Position numbers and translations under genes: made by a program
Shown: piece by piece, positions 17,821-28,606 of the stretch
Numbering within the stretch: the stretch's first letter is position 1
How the letters are laid out: the number at the start of each line of letters is the position of its first letter
The notes under the pieces: model-generated
What the model was told of the DNA's origin: nothing
The model's input: the letters and a program-made list of their open reading frames with translations, nothing else
The model's database searches: none
From: an uncultured delta proteobacterium
GTDB lineage: Bacteria; Myxococcota_A; Polyangia; Polyangiales; Polyangiaceae
Length of the DNA stretch: 64,000 nt
Reading direction: 5' to 3'
Assembly: GCA_963716725.1 (NCBI GenBank)
Contig: CAVQUB010000012.1
Coordinates: forward strand, 160,001-224,000

Positions 17821-18144
17821 ATGGCATCCAAAAACGTTCAACACTTCAACGACGTGAATTTCGACCAAGAGGTCATCAAGTCCGACAAGCCCGTGCTGGT
17901 CGACTTCACCGCGACTTGGTGCGGGCCCTGCAAGGCGCTGGCACCCATCGTCGAGCAGCTCGCGGACGAGCTCAGCGCGGAGATCAAGGTCGGCAAGCTC
18001 GACATCGACGAGTCGCCGGTCACCGCGGGCAAGTTCGGTATCCGCGGGGTGCCCACGGTGATGGTCTTCAAGAACGGCGAACGCGCTGCACAGCACGTCG
18101 GGCTGACGACCAAGGCCAAGCTCAAGGAGCTCATCGGAGTCTGA
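17821..18144 (+). CDS. trxA: Thioredoxin
   Basis: GGAGG RBS; WCGPC; GIRGVPT. Confidence 0.96.
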   Translation: MASKNVQHFNDVNFDQEVIKSDKPVLVDFTATWCGPCKALAPIVEQLADELSAEIKVGKLDIDESPVTAGKFGIRGVPTVMVFKNGERAAQHVGLTTKAKLKELIGV

Positions 18145-19289
18145 ACCGTCGACGGCTTCTGGTCGGCGTTCACCTCGTGACCCTCGCGGCGCACGTCGCG
18201 CCGGTTCTCGCTTGGGCCTCGCTCGTTCGTTGGTGGATCGCGCTCGCGGTCATGCTGGTGGTGTGGGCGCTCAGCGCCCGTCGCGCCCACGCGCTGTTCG
18301 CGGACCCGCCACGAGCGCGCTGGATCACACGCTACGTGGACGAGCCGATGTTCTTGCACTTCGCCGCGGGGCTCGTGGCGCTGCCGCTGTTTTTGATAGG
18401 GGCGCTGGCGATCGGCGCAGCTTCCATCACAGGCTGCTCGCCCTCCGGAGTTCCGCTCCGCGCCCTCGCGCTGCCCCAGGCGGCACTGGCTGCCTTCGGG
18501 GGCGGCCTGGTGGTCGCTGGCTGGGGCCTGTGGGGGCGGCGGCGCTGGGTGAAGACCCGGCGGATCGAGATCGGAATGCGGCGGCTGCACGGCGACCTCG
18601 ACGGGTATCGGATCGCGCACCTCTCGGACCTGCACATCGGCAGCTACGACCGCCGCGCGCGGGGCCTACAGTGGGCGAGATTGGTCAACGCGACCGAGCC
18701 GGATCTCGTAGTCGTGACCGGTGATCTGGTGACCAGCGGCACGGCCTACTACGACGACGCGGCCGCGGTGATCGGCGCGCTGCGAGCGCCGGATGGCGTC
18801 TACGCGGTCTTGGGCAACCACGATCAATGGGACGACGAAGCCCTCGCTCGCGCGCTGGGCGAAAGCGGCGCGCGCGTGCTCCGCAACGAGTGGGTGAAGA
18901 TCCAGCGCGGCTCGGGCGCGTTGCTCCTGGCGGGAGTGGACGACGCCTACACGAGCAAGGACGATCTGGATCGTACGCTCGCGAACCGTCCTGGCGGCGT
19001 GCCGACGGTGCTCTTGGCGCACTACCCAGACTTCTTTCGAGGCGCTCGCGAGCACGGCGTCGAACTCACGCTCAGCGGCCACACTCACGGCGGACAGTTT
19101 GGCCTGCCCTTCCTCGCCGATCGCCTGAACCTCGCCAGGGCGCTGCGCCAGCGCCCTCGGGGCATGGTCCGTCAGGGCGAGAGCGCGCTCTACGTGAACG
19201 CCGGGCTCGGCACGACGGGGCCGCCGCTGCGGATCGGCGTCGCCCCTGAGATCGCGGTGTTGGTGCTGCGCACGGCAGGCGACGGCTGA
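18141..19289 (+). CDS. Membrane-anchored metallophosphoesterase (YkuE/YaeI-like); start uncertain (CTG 18141, GTG 18177 or ATG 18252)
   Basis: SDLH, TGDLV, GNHD, LAH.P, SGHTHGGQ motifs after N-terminal TM helices. Confidence 0.88.
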   Translation: MNRRRLLVGVHLVTLAAHVAPVLAWASLVRWWIALAVMLVVWALSARRAHALFADPPRARWITRYVDEPMFLHFAAGLVALPLFLIGALAIGAASITGCSPSGVPLRALALPQAALAAFGGGLVVAGWGLWGRRRWVKTRRIEIGMRRLHGDLDGYRIAHLSDLHIGSYDRRARGLQWARLVNATEPDLVVVTGDLVTSGTAYYDDAAAVIGALRAPDGVYAVLGNHDQWDDEALARALGESGARVLRNEWVKIQRGSGALLLAGVDDAYTSKDDLDRTLANRPGGVPTVLLAHYPDFFRGAREHGVELTLSGHTHGGQFGLPFLADRLNLARALRQRPRGMVRQGESALYVNAGLGTTGPPLRIGVAPEIAVLVLRTAGDG

Positions 19290-19299
19290 GCCGGGCGCC

Positions 19300-19638
19300 T
19301 CAGTCGGGACAGCGTGCGCCGCAGCCGCCTTGGTGTTTGCACTCGTTCAAACCGCGGCAGTCGTTGGCGGCGGTCTTGCACCCGCCCTTGCCCTTGCATT
19401 CGTTCATGCCCATGCAGCAGTCCTTCGCTCCGGCGGGCTCATCCGGCCGTGCGGTGCCTCGAGGGCCTACTGGCAGCGCGGGGTCTTCCTCGGTCGCGCT
19501 CGACGGGGCAGCGGGGATCACCAGCGTTTGGGCATCGCCCGGGGCTGGCGGCGCTTGCCGGGCCGATGCGCACGCCACGGTTGCGCCCGCCATGAGGCCG
19601 ACGGCAGCGGAGCGCGCGACGGTCGACACGGGTTTCAT
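19300..19638 (-). CDS. Small lipoprotein with tandem CxGxNECKxxGGC repeats (BufA2/bufferin-precursor-like)
   Basis: MKPVSTV...TVAC lipobox, Pro/Ala linker, KDCCMGMNECKGKGGCKTAANDCRGLNECKHQGGCGARCPD. Confidence 0.75.
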   Translation of the reverse strand: MKPVSTVARSAAVGLMAGATVACASARQAPPAPGDAQTLVIPAAPSSATEEDPALPVGPRGTARPDEPAGAKDCCMGMNECKGKGGCKTAANDCRGLNECKHQGGCGARCPD

Positions 19639-19694
19639 CGCAAAGAGCGTAGTGTGGTCGCGTTTGGGCCACAACGCCCGGGGAGGTCCCCGCC

Positions 19695-21254
19695 TCAGCC
19701 AATGGCTTCGAGCACCAACAACGCGGACGACAGCGGCGCGATGACGGTGGCGATCTCCAAGCCTCGCGCGGTGGTGGTGGGCACGCCGAGGGCGGCGACA
19801 GCGATGCCTTCCTGCCGCCCGTTGATGGCGTGGACCCGGGCACGCCATCGCAGTGCAGCCCTGGTACCCACGAAACGCAACGAGATCGTGCGGGGGACCA
19901 AGTGGAGGCTGGAGACCACCAGGCCCAGCGTGTTCCCGTCCGCAGCGCGCAGTCCCTGCAGCGTCAGCACGCCATCGTCTTCGTAGCCTGTCGCGCAGCG
20001 TTCCGGAGTGGAGGCGCGGCTGAGCCGCATCAGCTCTTCGTGCAGCCCCAGCCTCAACGGCCGCGCATGCTTCGAGAAGAAGCCCGCGATGGCAGAGCGA
20101 TCTTGCTCCGGCTGTCGACCCTCGGGGAAGGCCCGGCGATTGGCGCGGTAGTAGTACGAGCCGGTCACTACGCCCTGCCAGCGCAGCTTGCAGGCCACCG
20201 CGTATGCGGCGAGCGCGCTCGCGAACATCTTCTGGTCCGCCTCGCTCGCCGTGGCAGCGCGAGCGGGTCCGACGTCGAGGAGTTGCTTCGCGAAGTCCCC
20301 CGCCTGCCACTCGGTGTTCCAGAGCGCCGTTCGCTGCATGCCCTTGCGATCGAGCAGCCCGCGAATCGCCCGGGCGAGCCGGCCGTTGGCGGCAGGTGAG
20401 ACATCTGAACCGTAAGTGTGGAAGCTGAAGACGGGCAGATCGAGCTTCGCGGCGAGCAGTCGGTCGAGCCCCGCTGCGAAGCGTGGCTCCCAGCGTTTCC
20501 ACTCGGCGAGAGAGAGCGGAATGCCCGGCCCCACCGCACGCACGGGTGTGTTCGGGTGAGTCGCATTGTAGCGCGCGACGAGGCCAAGAAATTCGGCGAA
20601 CGCCGGGAAGAGCCGCGTCGCGTGGGCTCCCGAGAATCCCCCGAGCCCATCTGGTTCGTTCAAGAACTCCGCGTTGCGCACGGAGTGCTCGAAGCCGTTG
20701 GCCCAGCCGTTGTTGAAGTGCTCGAGACAGCGCGACACCACGCGGGCCCAGCGAGTGAGATCGTCGGGTGGCTGCCCCCCCAGATTGAGGCCGACCCAGC
20801 GATCCGAGCGCCCCACGTCGTACGAGGCCTGCCACAAGACCTCCGCGCCGACGGCACGAGCCGCGCTGACGTGACGATCGATGCCTTCGAAGGAGTAGCT
20901 CGCGATGGCGTCGGGATCGGCGTTTGCATTCTGAAATATACCGCCGAGCGTCAGCGTGTTGGGCAGGCAATCCTGGGGAAAGCGCGCGTGCTCGAGGCCC
21001 AACGCGCGGAAGCCCGCACTCAGATCCGGCTCGCCCTCGAGGATAGGACCGGGTGAACCCTGGACTCCGGACAGGCGATCGAAGGCACCAACGCTCGCGC
21101 CCGCGTCCACTTCGACGCTCACCCCGAGTGCCGGTGTGGCGTCTGACCCCGGAGGAGTCGCGGCTCTCGACCCGCTCCGTCGTCGGCAGCCGACGATGGT
21201 CGACATCAGCGGCCCAACCATCACCCTGCCGAAGCCGCGGCGACTCAGGCTCAC
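19695..21254 (-). CDS. Clan GH-A glycoside hydrolase, GH39-like; probable Tat lipoprotein
   Basis: SRRGF twin-Arg and IVGC; acid/base FLNEPD; FSFHTY; nucleophile WNTEW. Confidence 0.75.
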   Translation of the reverse strand: MSLSRRGFGRVMVGPLMSTIVGCRRRSGSRAATPPGSDATPALGVSVEVDAGASVGAFDRLSGVQGSPGPILEGEPDLSAGFRALGLEHARFPQDCLPNTLTLGGIFQNANADPDAIASYSFEGIDRHVSAARAVGAEVLWQASYDVGRSDRWVGLNLGGQPPDDLTRWARVVSRCLEHFNNGWANGFEHSVRNAEFLNEPDGLGGFSGAHATRLFPAFAEFLGLVARYNATHPNTPVRAVGPGIPLSLAEWKRWEPRFAAGLDRLLAAKLDLPVFSFHTYGSDVSPAANGRLARAIRGLLDRKGMQRTALWNTEWQAGDFAKQLLDVGPARAATASEADQKMFASALAAYAVACKLRWQGVVTGSYYYRANRRAFPEGRQPEQDRSAIAGFFSKHARPLRLGLHEELMRLSRASTPERCATGYEDDGVLTLQGLRAADGNTLGLVVSSLHLVPRTISLRFVGTRAALRWRARVHAINGRQEGIAVAALGVPTTTARGLEIATVIAPLSSALLVLEAIG

Positions 21255-21391
21255 GCTCCCACTCCGCGCCCTTGGGTCATCAACCCCTCATTGAATCATG
21301 CCGCCCGGGGCCGAGGTGACGTTCCGCCCAAGATCGCGGCATTTGAGCGGTCACCGCGCCCGGCGATCCGGAGTAACATCGCTCCGTCCCG

Positions 21392-24300
21392 ATGAAATCC
21401 CACCCGGTCACTCGGCGAGCGCTCCGCGCTGCGGGCGTGGTCGCGACCGCCGGCCTCTTGGTCGGGGGCGTGATGGCGGCGTGCAGCGGCGTGCAGCCAC
21501 CGGCTCGGCCGCGCGACTCGCTGCTCGACTCGGCTCGTGCGCAGAGCACCTTCGCGTCCCCGGCGTCCTGGCGCTACCACCCGCGCACCGAGGCGCCGCT
21601 ACTGTCGCGAGTCGAACTCTCGGACGGAACTCTGCTCTACGCCGGCGAACGCGGCGAGCGCTGGCAGGTCGTGAAGAAGTCCAGCGTCGTGCGCGCGGCC
21701 GCGCGGCTGGCGCCCGAGCCGCTGATCGCCATCCTTCAACTGGAAGATGGCGGCTGGCTCTTCGTCGGGCAGAGCGGGACCGGCTACGAAGCGCGGGAGC
21801 CCCTGGGGCCCTTCGTGCGAACCAGCGCGCCCGTGGACAAGCTCTCGAGGGTCAGCGCTGCGGGCACCAGCGTGGTCGGCATCACTCGCGACGGTCAGTT
21901 GGTCCAGAGCCCCGACGCGGGCGCCACCTGGAATCCGGTCGGTCCCGAGCGCACTCGCTTCGTCGACGTGATGCTCGCGGATTCGAAGAAGGGCATCGCG
22001 CTGGCGGTGCCCGAAGCGATGTTCGAGACAAAAGACGGCGGGTCCGTTTGGACGAAGCTCGACGCGCCGAGCATGGGCGCGCTCGCCCTCGGGTGGGATG
22101 ACAGGGCGGGGATCGCCGTTCAAACTGCGCTTTCGTGGGCGCGATGGGACTCCGCGACCAGTTCCTTCCCGCCGCTGGGGCGCACGCCTGCGAAGGGGCG
22201 TTTCAAGCTTGCCGCGCGTCCGTCGCGGGGGCCCGACGCCAACGCGCTCGCGGAGGGACGAGCGATCGTGGTCGGCGGCCAGTATCTCGAGCTCGCCTCG
22301 GACGACGTCCCGAGCAGTCGCAGCAGGCCATCGTCGTCTCGACAGTGGACGGCGTGGCGGGGGCCGGTGGGGGGACCGCTCGAGTCGAAGCCCCTCGACG
22401 CCGCGGACGGTTGTCAGGCAGTTCGCGTTGCAGGGGCAGACCGGCACCTGTACCTCGCGTGCTCGCGCAGCGGCAGTGGGGTGAATCAGACCATCTTCAT
22501 CCACAAGAGCGACGATGGCGGCAAGACCTTCGAGCGCGAGGACTACTCGGCCGAAGGGCGAATTGGCGAGCTCGTCCTGGCGGTCAATCGCGACGGTGCC
22601 CTGGCGGTGACGGGGATTTGTGCCCCGCACACCAGCTCCCGGGGGTGTCTGCCCTACGGCATTCATCACCGGCGCCTCGCGCCCGTCGACGCCGGCGCCG
22701 AAGGCGGAAGGGACAAACGCGACTCGAAAGCCTCGAAGCCCGACGCCGGGAGCGAGCAGTCGAAGAAGAAGCGTGAGCCGGCCGAGCGACAGTGGGAGCT
22801 CGCGCCCTCGGTGACGCCCTCGCTGAAGGGCGCCGCATTGGCCATGACTTACTCGCCGGACGGGCGCACGTTGCTCGCGGTCGGGCGCCGCACCAAGGAC
22901 ACCGGGCTCGCGGTCTTCATCTCCAAAGACGGCGGAGCGTCGTTTGAAGGACGCGAGATTCGAGCAGCTTCCGGCGGGCGTCGATGACCCGCCGGAGGTC
23001 GAAGAGCGCTGGGCGCGTCCTCCCTCGAGTCCGACTTCGACCATCAGCTCGGTCGGTGCCGCTGAAGATGGCACCTTCTCCATCGTCTTCAAGAATACGG
23101 GAGCGCCGACCTTGGTCGTGGTGGACGACGAGGGCCGGGTGATCTCCCATGCGCGCGCGCCGGGAGAGGCCAACAACGTCGGCGCGGTCGGCACCCGCGC
23201 CATGGCGTTCTCGGAGACGACGCGCATGGCCTGGGAGTCCCTCGACGGAGGCGCGACCTGGGATTCGATTGGGCGGCTGCCCGTGAGCATGTGTCGGCCC
23301 GAGTCTCCACGCTGCACCTCCACCGTGCGCTGCCACGTCGGCGGCTGTGTCATCGGCAGCGAGCTGTCCCGGGTCGGATGGCGCGGGCAGTCCGACGACG
23401 ACCAAGGTGTCTTCACGCCCGGAGGCAGCGCCTTCGGCGACGTCTTCGATCGCAAGGTGCGCACTCCCTTCGCCTGCTCGCTCGACGAGAAGACCTGGCA
23501 GGTCATCGAGGGCGTGGCGACGCCGCCCGCGGCCAAGAGCGCAGCCATCGGCAAGGTCGCCTGGTACGCCCTCGTGCAAGACGAGCAGAAGGCGAGCGCG
23601 CGGGTGATCCACGCGCACGGCGGAGCGAAGCCCCACCTCGAAACGATTCAGCTGCTGGCCCCGGTGACAAAACCCAGCGACTACGCCTTCACCGCCACCA
23701 CCCAGGTCGAAGGCGCAGTCGCGTTGCGGTATCCGGCTCCCGAGGTCGGGCACACCTCCCTCAAGAACGTCGAGGTGAGCTGGGACAACTTGTTCGAGGG
23801 CAAGGTCGTTCGGCAGCGCGTCGCGGACGCCGGCCCGGTTCAGATCAACGACTTCCGACGGAGCGGCTTCGTCGCGCAGCGCGCCCAACCCAACCTGCTC
23901 AGCATCGCCTCCGGTGGTCTCTACCTGCGCATCCACTACTCGGCGGGCGAAGCGCAAACGACGTCATTTCTCGACGGACGCACGGTCACCAGCGTGCCTG
24001 CCGTGACCTGGCCTGGCTCGTCCGCCTACGGCACGCGCGCGGAGATGGTGCACGTGGGCGGGGCGCACGTTCCCATCATGATGGTTGGGGCCGGGGCCGC
24101 GTTGATCCGTGCGCGCCGGGACGGCAGTGGCTGGACCTTCGACGCCCTCGCGACCGGTCTGGCCGAGCCGACCCGCTTCGGTCTGACGCAGGTGCGCGAT
24201 CTGGCCTATTCCAAGGGCGTCGCCGGCCTCTCCGTCGCCGCCTGGGACGTCGAAGGAACGCGGCGCGAGAGCCGGCTGTTTCCCATCCGGGCGACCGGCG

Positions 24301-24755
24301 CAGTCGCGGATCCCGCCATCGCCCTACCCACCCAGCTCGACGCCGGGGAAAGACCCAATCGCTGCGGCAGTGTCCACAAGAGCGACACTCCGCGTGTCGT
24401 TGGCCAATTCCAGGGCGGCACTCGCCATCCGATCATCGTGACGGACACCTCCGAGCCCATGCGCGTGCTGCTCACGGGGCAGGCGGTGATGCACGGCACA
24501 CCGAAGGAGGCTTGCGTCGCGGCCTTCGAGGCCGAGGTCGTGAGCATCGACCCCACCCTGGGTGCGCCGGAGCAAGAGCGCGCCATCGTCGTCATGGACG
24601 ATCTGGAGCACTCGTGGATCTTCCGCACCGCTTACGGCGGGATGGGCGAGCCCCGGGTCGAGTACCGCAGCATGAGCTGCCGATTCGACCCGAGCCTGGA
24701 GCCCCCAGTGGAGATCTTCGGGCAGGCCGGCACGCGAGTGCGCCGCGCCAAATGA
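21392..24755 (+). CDS. Large BNR/Asp-box beta-propeller lipoprotein, split by an extra base near 22959
   Basis: Lipobox MAAC; Asp boxes [40 protein letters not shown] across both ORFs; removing one T in gagattcgag gives REIEQLPAG and fuses them. Confidence 0.75.
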
Positions 24756-24804
24756 GACAGCGCGCGGTGGACACGCTGCGAGCACCGCGTTAGGTCTGGA
24801 GCCG

Positions 24805-26106
24805 ATGATTCCGCGCTACACACCACCAGAGATCGCCGAGCTCTGGTCCGACCGGAACCGCTACGCGGTGTGGCTCGAGGTCGAGCTCTGCGCCTGCGAG
24901 GCGATGGAGCGCGCCGGCCTAGTGCCGCCTGGGACCGCAGCGGAGATCCGGGCACTCGAGCTGAAGCCCGACCCCGATGAAATCGATCGGATCGAGCGCA
25001 CGACGCGTCACGACGTCATCGCCTTCCTGAGTCACGTAGAGCAGAAAGCGGGCGCTCCGGCCCGCTGGCTGCACCGAGGCATGACGTCGAGCGACGTGCT
25101 CGATTCGAGCTTTGCGCTGCTCTTGGTGCAAGCCACGGATCTGCTGCTCTCGCGTTCCGATCGGTTGGTCGCGGCTCTCGAGCGTCGGGCCAAAGAGCAC
25201 GTGAAGACCCCGCTCATCGGTCGCTCCCACGGCATCCACGCCGAGCCCGTCACTTTCGGGATCGTGCTCGGCGGCCATTTGGCCGAGGTGAAGCGCGGCC
25301 GCGCGCGTTTGCGGGCCGCGCGCCGGGAGATCGCCGTGGGCAAGATCGCGGGCGCGGTCGGTACCTACGCGCACCTCTCACCGGAGATCGAGCGCGAGGC
25401 GCTGGCGAAGCTCGGGCTCGAGCCCGAGACGGTGGCAACCCAGGTTGTCGCGCGAGATCGCCACGCCGCGTTCTTCTCCGCCTGCGCGCTTCTGGCGGCC
25501 GCCATCGAGCGCTTGGCCACCAACATCCGCCACTGGCAACGCTCCGAGGTGGGCGAGGCGGAGGAGCTCTTCGGCAAAGGCCAGAAGGGTTCGAGCGCGA
25601 TGCCGCACAAGCGCAACCCCATCCTGAGCGAGAACCTGTGTGGGTTGGCCCGGGTCGTGCGAGCGGCCGTCGTGCCTGCACTCGAGAACGTCTCGCTCTG
25701 GCACGAGCGCGACATCTCGCACTCCAGCGTCGAGCGCATGATAGCCCCGGACGTGACCGCCACCCTCGGGTTCATGCTCGAGCGCACCGTCTCCGTAGTC
25801 GAGGGCCTCGTGGTCTATCCCGAGCGCATGCTGGAGAACCTCGAGCGCTCCGGCGGGCTGTTCTTCAGCGAGGCCGTGATGCTCGAGCTCGTGCAGAAGG
25901 GTCTGGCGCGACAGAACGCCTACGAGCTCGTTCAGCACAACGCCATGGCCGCGTTCAACGGCGCCGGGGAATTCAAGCGCCTGCTCCTGGCAGATCCGAA
26001 AATCCGCGAGCACCTCGCTCCGGCCGAGGTCGAGCGCTGCTTTGATCTCGACCACGCGCTCCGCTGGGCCGAGGCACTGGTCGATCGCGCCGTCGCCGCC
26101 GACTGA
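24805..26106 (+). CDS. purB: Adenylosuccinate lyase
   Basis: [43 protein letters not shown]. Confidence 0.97.
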   Translation: MIPRYTPPEIAELWSDRNRYAVWLEVELCACEAMERAGLVPPGTAAEIRALELKPDPDEIDRIERTTRHDVIAFLSHVEQKAGAPARWLHRGMTSSDVLDSSFALLLVQATDLLLSRSDRLVAALERRAKEHVKTPLIGRSHGIHAEPVTFGIVLGGHLAEVKRGRARLRAARREIAVGKIAGAVGTYAHLSPEIEREALAKLGLEPETVATQVVARDRHAAFFSACALLAAAIERLATNIRHWQRSEVGEAEELFGKGQKGSSAMPHKRNPILSENLCGLARVVRAAVVPALENVSLWHERDISHSSVERMIAPDVTATLGFMLERTVSVVEGLVVYPERMLENLERSGGLFFSEAVMLELVQKGLARQNAYELVQHNAMAAFNGAGEFKRLLLADPKIREHLAPAEVERCFDLDHALRWAEALVDRAVAAD

Positions 26107-26158
26107 AGCCCGAAATTGGTCCGGGCCGGCCCATCGGGAGTAAGCCACGACTCCCACC

Positions 26159-26467
26159 ATGGCTATCCTGACGCGCGCGGAACTCGCGCACTACCCCGGA
26201 ATGACGGCTACTGAGCAGGCCTTGGCCGAGCACCGCGAGCGGGGAGGGCCGACGGTTGCGCGAGCGAAGTCGATCTCGAAGGGGTCGGAGCGCGGAGCAG
26301 TGCCGCTGCCTCTGGTGTTGGATCTCCGGCCCTTCCCTGGTCGTGACCGCGCCGATCGGATCAAGGCCTGGCTGGTCGCTCACACGCCGCGGGCGGCCAC
26401 CTGGTCGGACGAAACGCTGCGCGAGCTGTCGTCGAGAATCGCGGCTACGAGCCGCCTCATCGAGTGA
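26159..26467 (+). CDS. Hypothetical protein (102 aa)
   Basis: Fills the gap after purB with coding-like codon use; no recognisable motif. Confidence 0.6.
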   Translation: MAILTRAELAHYPGMTATEQALAEHRERGGPTVARAKSISKGSERGAVPLPLVLDLRPFPGRDRADRIKAWLVAHTPRAATWSDETLRELSSRIAATSRLIE

Positions 26468-27191
26468 CCGCCGCCAGCAGGGCGCGCGGCGCAGCGGTGC
26501 CCAGCACGGATCGACGCAAGATGACTCCTGCGATCGAGGCAAGGTGCCAGGGCCGGAGCCCGCTCGATTCATCGCGATAGACGGGCCGAACGGGCACCTC
26601 GACCACGCGAAAGCTCCCCTGCGCCAACACTCCCAAGATGTCGTTGGGATAGCCGTAGCGAGGCCAGATGCTCCCGAGATCGATGCGCTCGAGGGTCGAG
26701 CGGGCGATGGCCGTGAACCCGCACTGGGTGTCGTCCACGTCCAGGCCCGTTGCCGCGCGCGTGAGCAAGGAGAGCGCCCGGCTGCCCATGCGCCGGGTCA
26801 GCGGCATGTCCGTCGCGGCCGCATGCACGAAGCGATTTCCCTTCACGTAGTCTGCTCGTCCCGCTACGACGGGAGCGATGACACGCGGCAAGTCGTCGGG
26901 ATCCATCTGCGCGTCACCGGCCATCACCGCGACGACGTCCGCTCCGAGCGCGAGCGCGCGGGCGTAGCCCGTGGTGATGGCGGCGCCGACGCCGAGGTTT
27001 CTTGGGTGGCGCACGGTTTCCACGCGCGGATCTTCGACCGAGCGTGCAACGCGGCTGGTGCCGTCCGGGCTCGCGTCGTCCACGACCACGATCGAGTCGA
27101 CGAACTCGGGCATACCGCCCAGCGTCTTGGGCAGGAGCCGCGCTTCGCAGTAGGCCGGAACCACGACTGCTACGCGCGCTCCTTGGAACAT
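26457..27191 (-). CDS. Family 2 glycosyltransferase (DPM1-like)
   Basis: VVVPAYCE, VVDDASPDGT, NLGVGAA, GDAQM, DTQCGF. Confidence 0.92.
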   Translation of the reverse strand: MFQGARVAVVVPAYCEARLLPKTLGGMPEFVDSIVVVDDASPDGTSRVARSVEDPRVETVRHPRNLGVGAAITTGYARALALGADVVAVMAGDAQMDPDDLPRVIAPVVAGRADYVKGNRFVHAAATDMPLTRRMGSRALSLLTRAATGLDVDDTQCGFTAIARSTLERIDLGSIWPRYGYPNDILGVLAQGSFRVVEVPVRPVYRDESSGLRPWHLASIAGVILRRSVLGTAAPRALLAAVTR

Positions 27192-27264
27192 GCTCGTGTC
27201 GGTAGCGTGGTTCGGCGGAGACGTCCATTGGGTTCGATGCGTATCTGGGCTACATCGACCGGCC

Positions 27265-27876
27265 TTGGAACGTCGCCGGGTGCTCGGGCTGGCTTTGGCC
27301 GGCGTCATCGTCTTGCCCGCGGGTTGGTGGCTCTGGTCGCTCGTCCGCTTTCCCAGCGACCGGACGCCGGAGGGCGCCTACCTGCGCGTTGCACGGGCCG
27401 TCAACGAAGGGCGTGCCGAGAAGTTCTTTGCGTACACCGAGACCGAAGCCCAGCACGCGTGCTTCACCATTCGCACCTATCGCAAGCAGGCACGCGATCG
27501 GGTGCTCGCGGCGTATCCCGAACCTGAACGCACCCAACTCGCCGCGGAGTGGGCGCCCGAGGCCTTGGCCGCCGACGGCGCCGACGTGTTCGTGTTGCAC
27601 GCCGCGAAGCGTGGGTGGGTCGATCGCTTGCGCCGCGACCTGTCCGGCATCGCGAAGGTCGAGATCGTGGGCGAGCGCGCCACCGTCCAGACAGTGAAGG
27701 GCACCCGCTATGCCTTTCGCCGGCGGGACAACGGCATTTGGGGCCTGACGCTGTTCACGGCAGCGCTCCACGCCGAGGCCGAGAAAGCGGCACGGGACGC
27801 GGCCTTGATCGAGAAGAACGCCGGGGACTACGAGCGGGTCCGCGGGCGGGAGCGGGGCGCGATCGATGGGGGCTGA
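27265..27876 (+). CDS. Membrane-anchored hypothetical protein; start uncertain
   Basis: N-terminal TM helix, then PSDRTPEGAY; TTG start at 27265 inferred. Confidence 0.7.
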   Translation: MERRRVLGLALAGVIVLPAGWWLWSLVRFPSDRTPEGAYLRVARAVNEGRAEKFFAYTETEAQHACFTIRTYRKQARDRVLAAYPEPERTQLAAEWAPEALAADGADVFVLHAAKRGWVDRLRRDLSGIAKVEIVGERATVQTVKGTRYAFRRRDNGIWGLTLFTAALHAEAEKAARDAALIEKNAGDYERVRGRERGAIDGG

Positions 27877-27907
27877 CGCATCGCGCGTTGTCGCGTAGCC
27901 TTGGACG

Positions 27908-28573
27908 ATGACGGCTCCCGATAGCGACGAGCCGCTGGCCAACCTTCAGCCGGAGGTGCAGCCCGCAGCGGAAGTCGCAGAGGACGTCGCAGAGGATGCG
28001 GATGCGGATGCGGGCGCGGCCGAGAGCGCGCCCTCGGCCACAGAGCCTCCTGTCAGCGGCGCATCCGTGGACGGACTCTTGCGAAGGTTTCTCAGCCTTC
28101 CGCCGATCCGGGTCTCGGCGCCACCGCCCCCGGACCCGCTGGTCAATCGAACCGCATCGACGCTTCCCGCTCCTGGCGAGGCGCCGTCGCTGGAGACCTT
28201 CACTCAGGATCTGGCCGAGGTCGAGCCGCTCTTGGCCGCCGGCAACTGGGACGCGGTGATCGAGGCGCTCTCACAACGCGACACGCTGCCCCCGCCGCTG
28301 GCGTTGCTCTACGCCGTCGCGCTCAACGAGCGCGGAGGCAAGGGCGATCCTCACGGGCTGGCGATCCGCGCCGCCGCCGCGCTCTTGTGCGTGCCCGACA
28401 CCAGCGAGACGGCCCTGGTGGTGGCCAAGCGCCTGCTGCGCACCAACCCCGTCGCGTGGAAGAAGCGGAGTGCGCCCTCAGCCGGCCTTTCGATCTTCAT
28501 CGTGCTGACCGTCGCCACCGTCGGCGCGCTCGTCGGGTTCTTGGTTGGACCTGGCGGTTGGATCTTGCGCTAG
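27908..28573 (+). CDS. Hypothetical protein with acidic disordered N-terminus and C-terminal TM helix
   Basis: ORF in a co-directional run; hydrophobic C-terminal LSIFIVLTVATVGALVGFLV. Confidence 0.7.
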   Translation: MTAPDSDEPLANLQPEVQPAAEVAEDVAEDADADAGAAESAPSATEPPVSGASVDGLLRRFLSLPPIRVSAPPPPDPLVNRTASTLPAPGEAPSLETFTQDLAEVEPLLAAGNWDAVIEALSQRDTLPPPLALLYAVALNERGGKGDPHGLAIRAAAALLCVPDTSETALVVAKRLLRTNPVAWKKRSAPSAGLSIFIVLTVATVGALVGFLVGPGGWILR

Positions 28574-28606
28574 CCTCGCAGAATCACTGTCGCATCCGCG
28601 TCCATT

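Noticed and set aside
22940..22990. Programmed ribosomal frameshift joining the two Asp-box ORFs
   Set aside because: No slippery heptamer or obvious stimulatory structure; a single extra T explains it and similar indels recur in the window.
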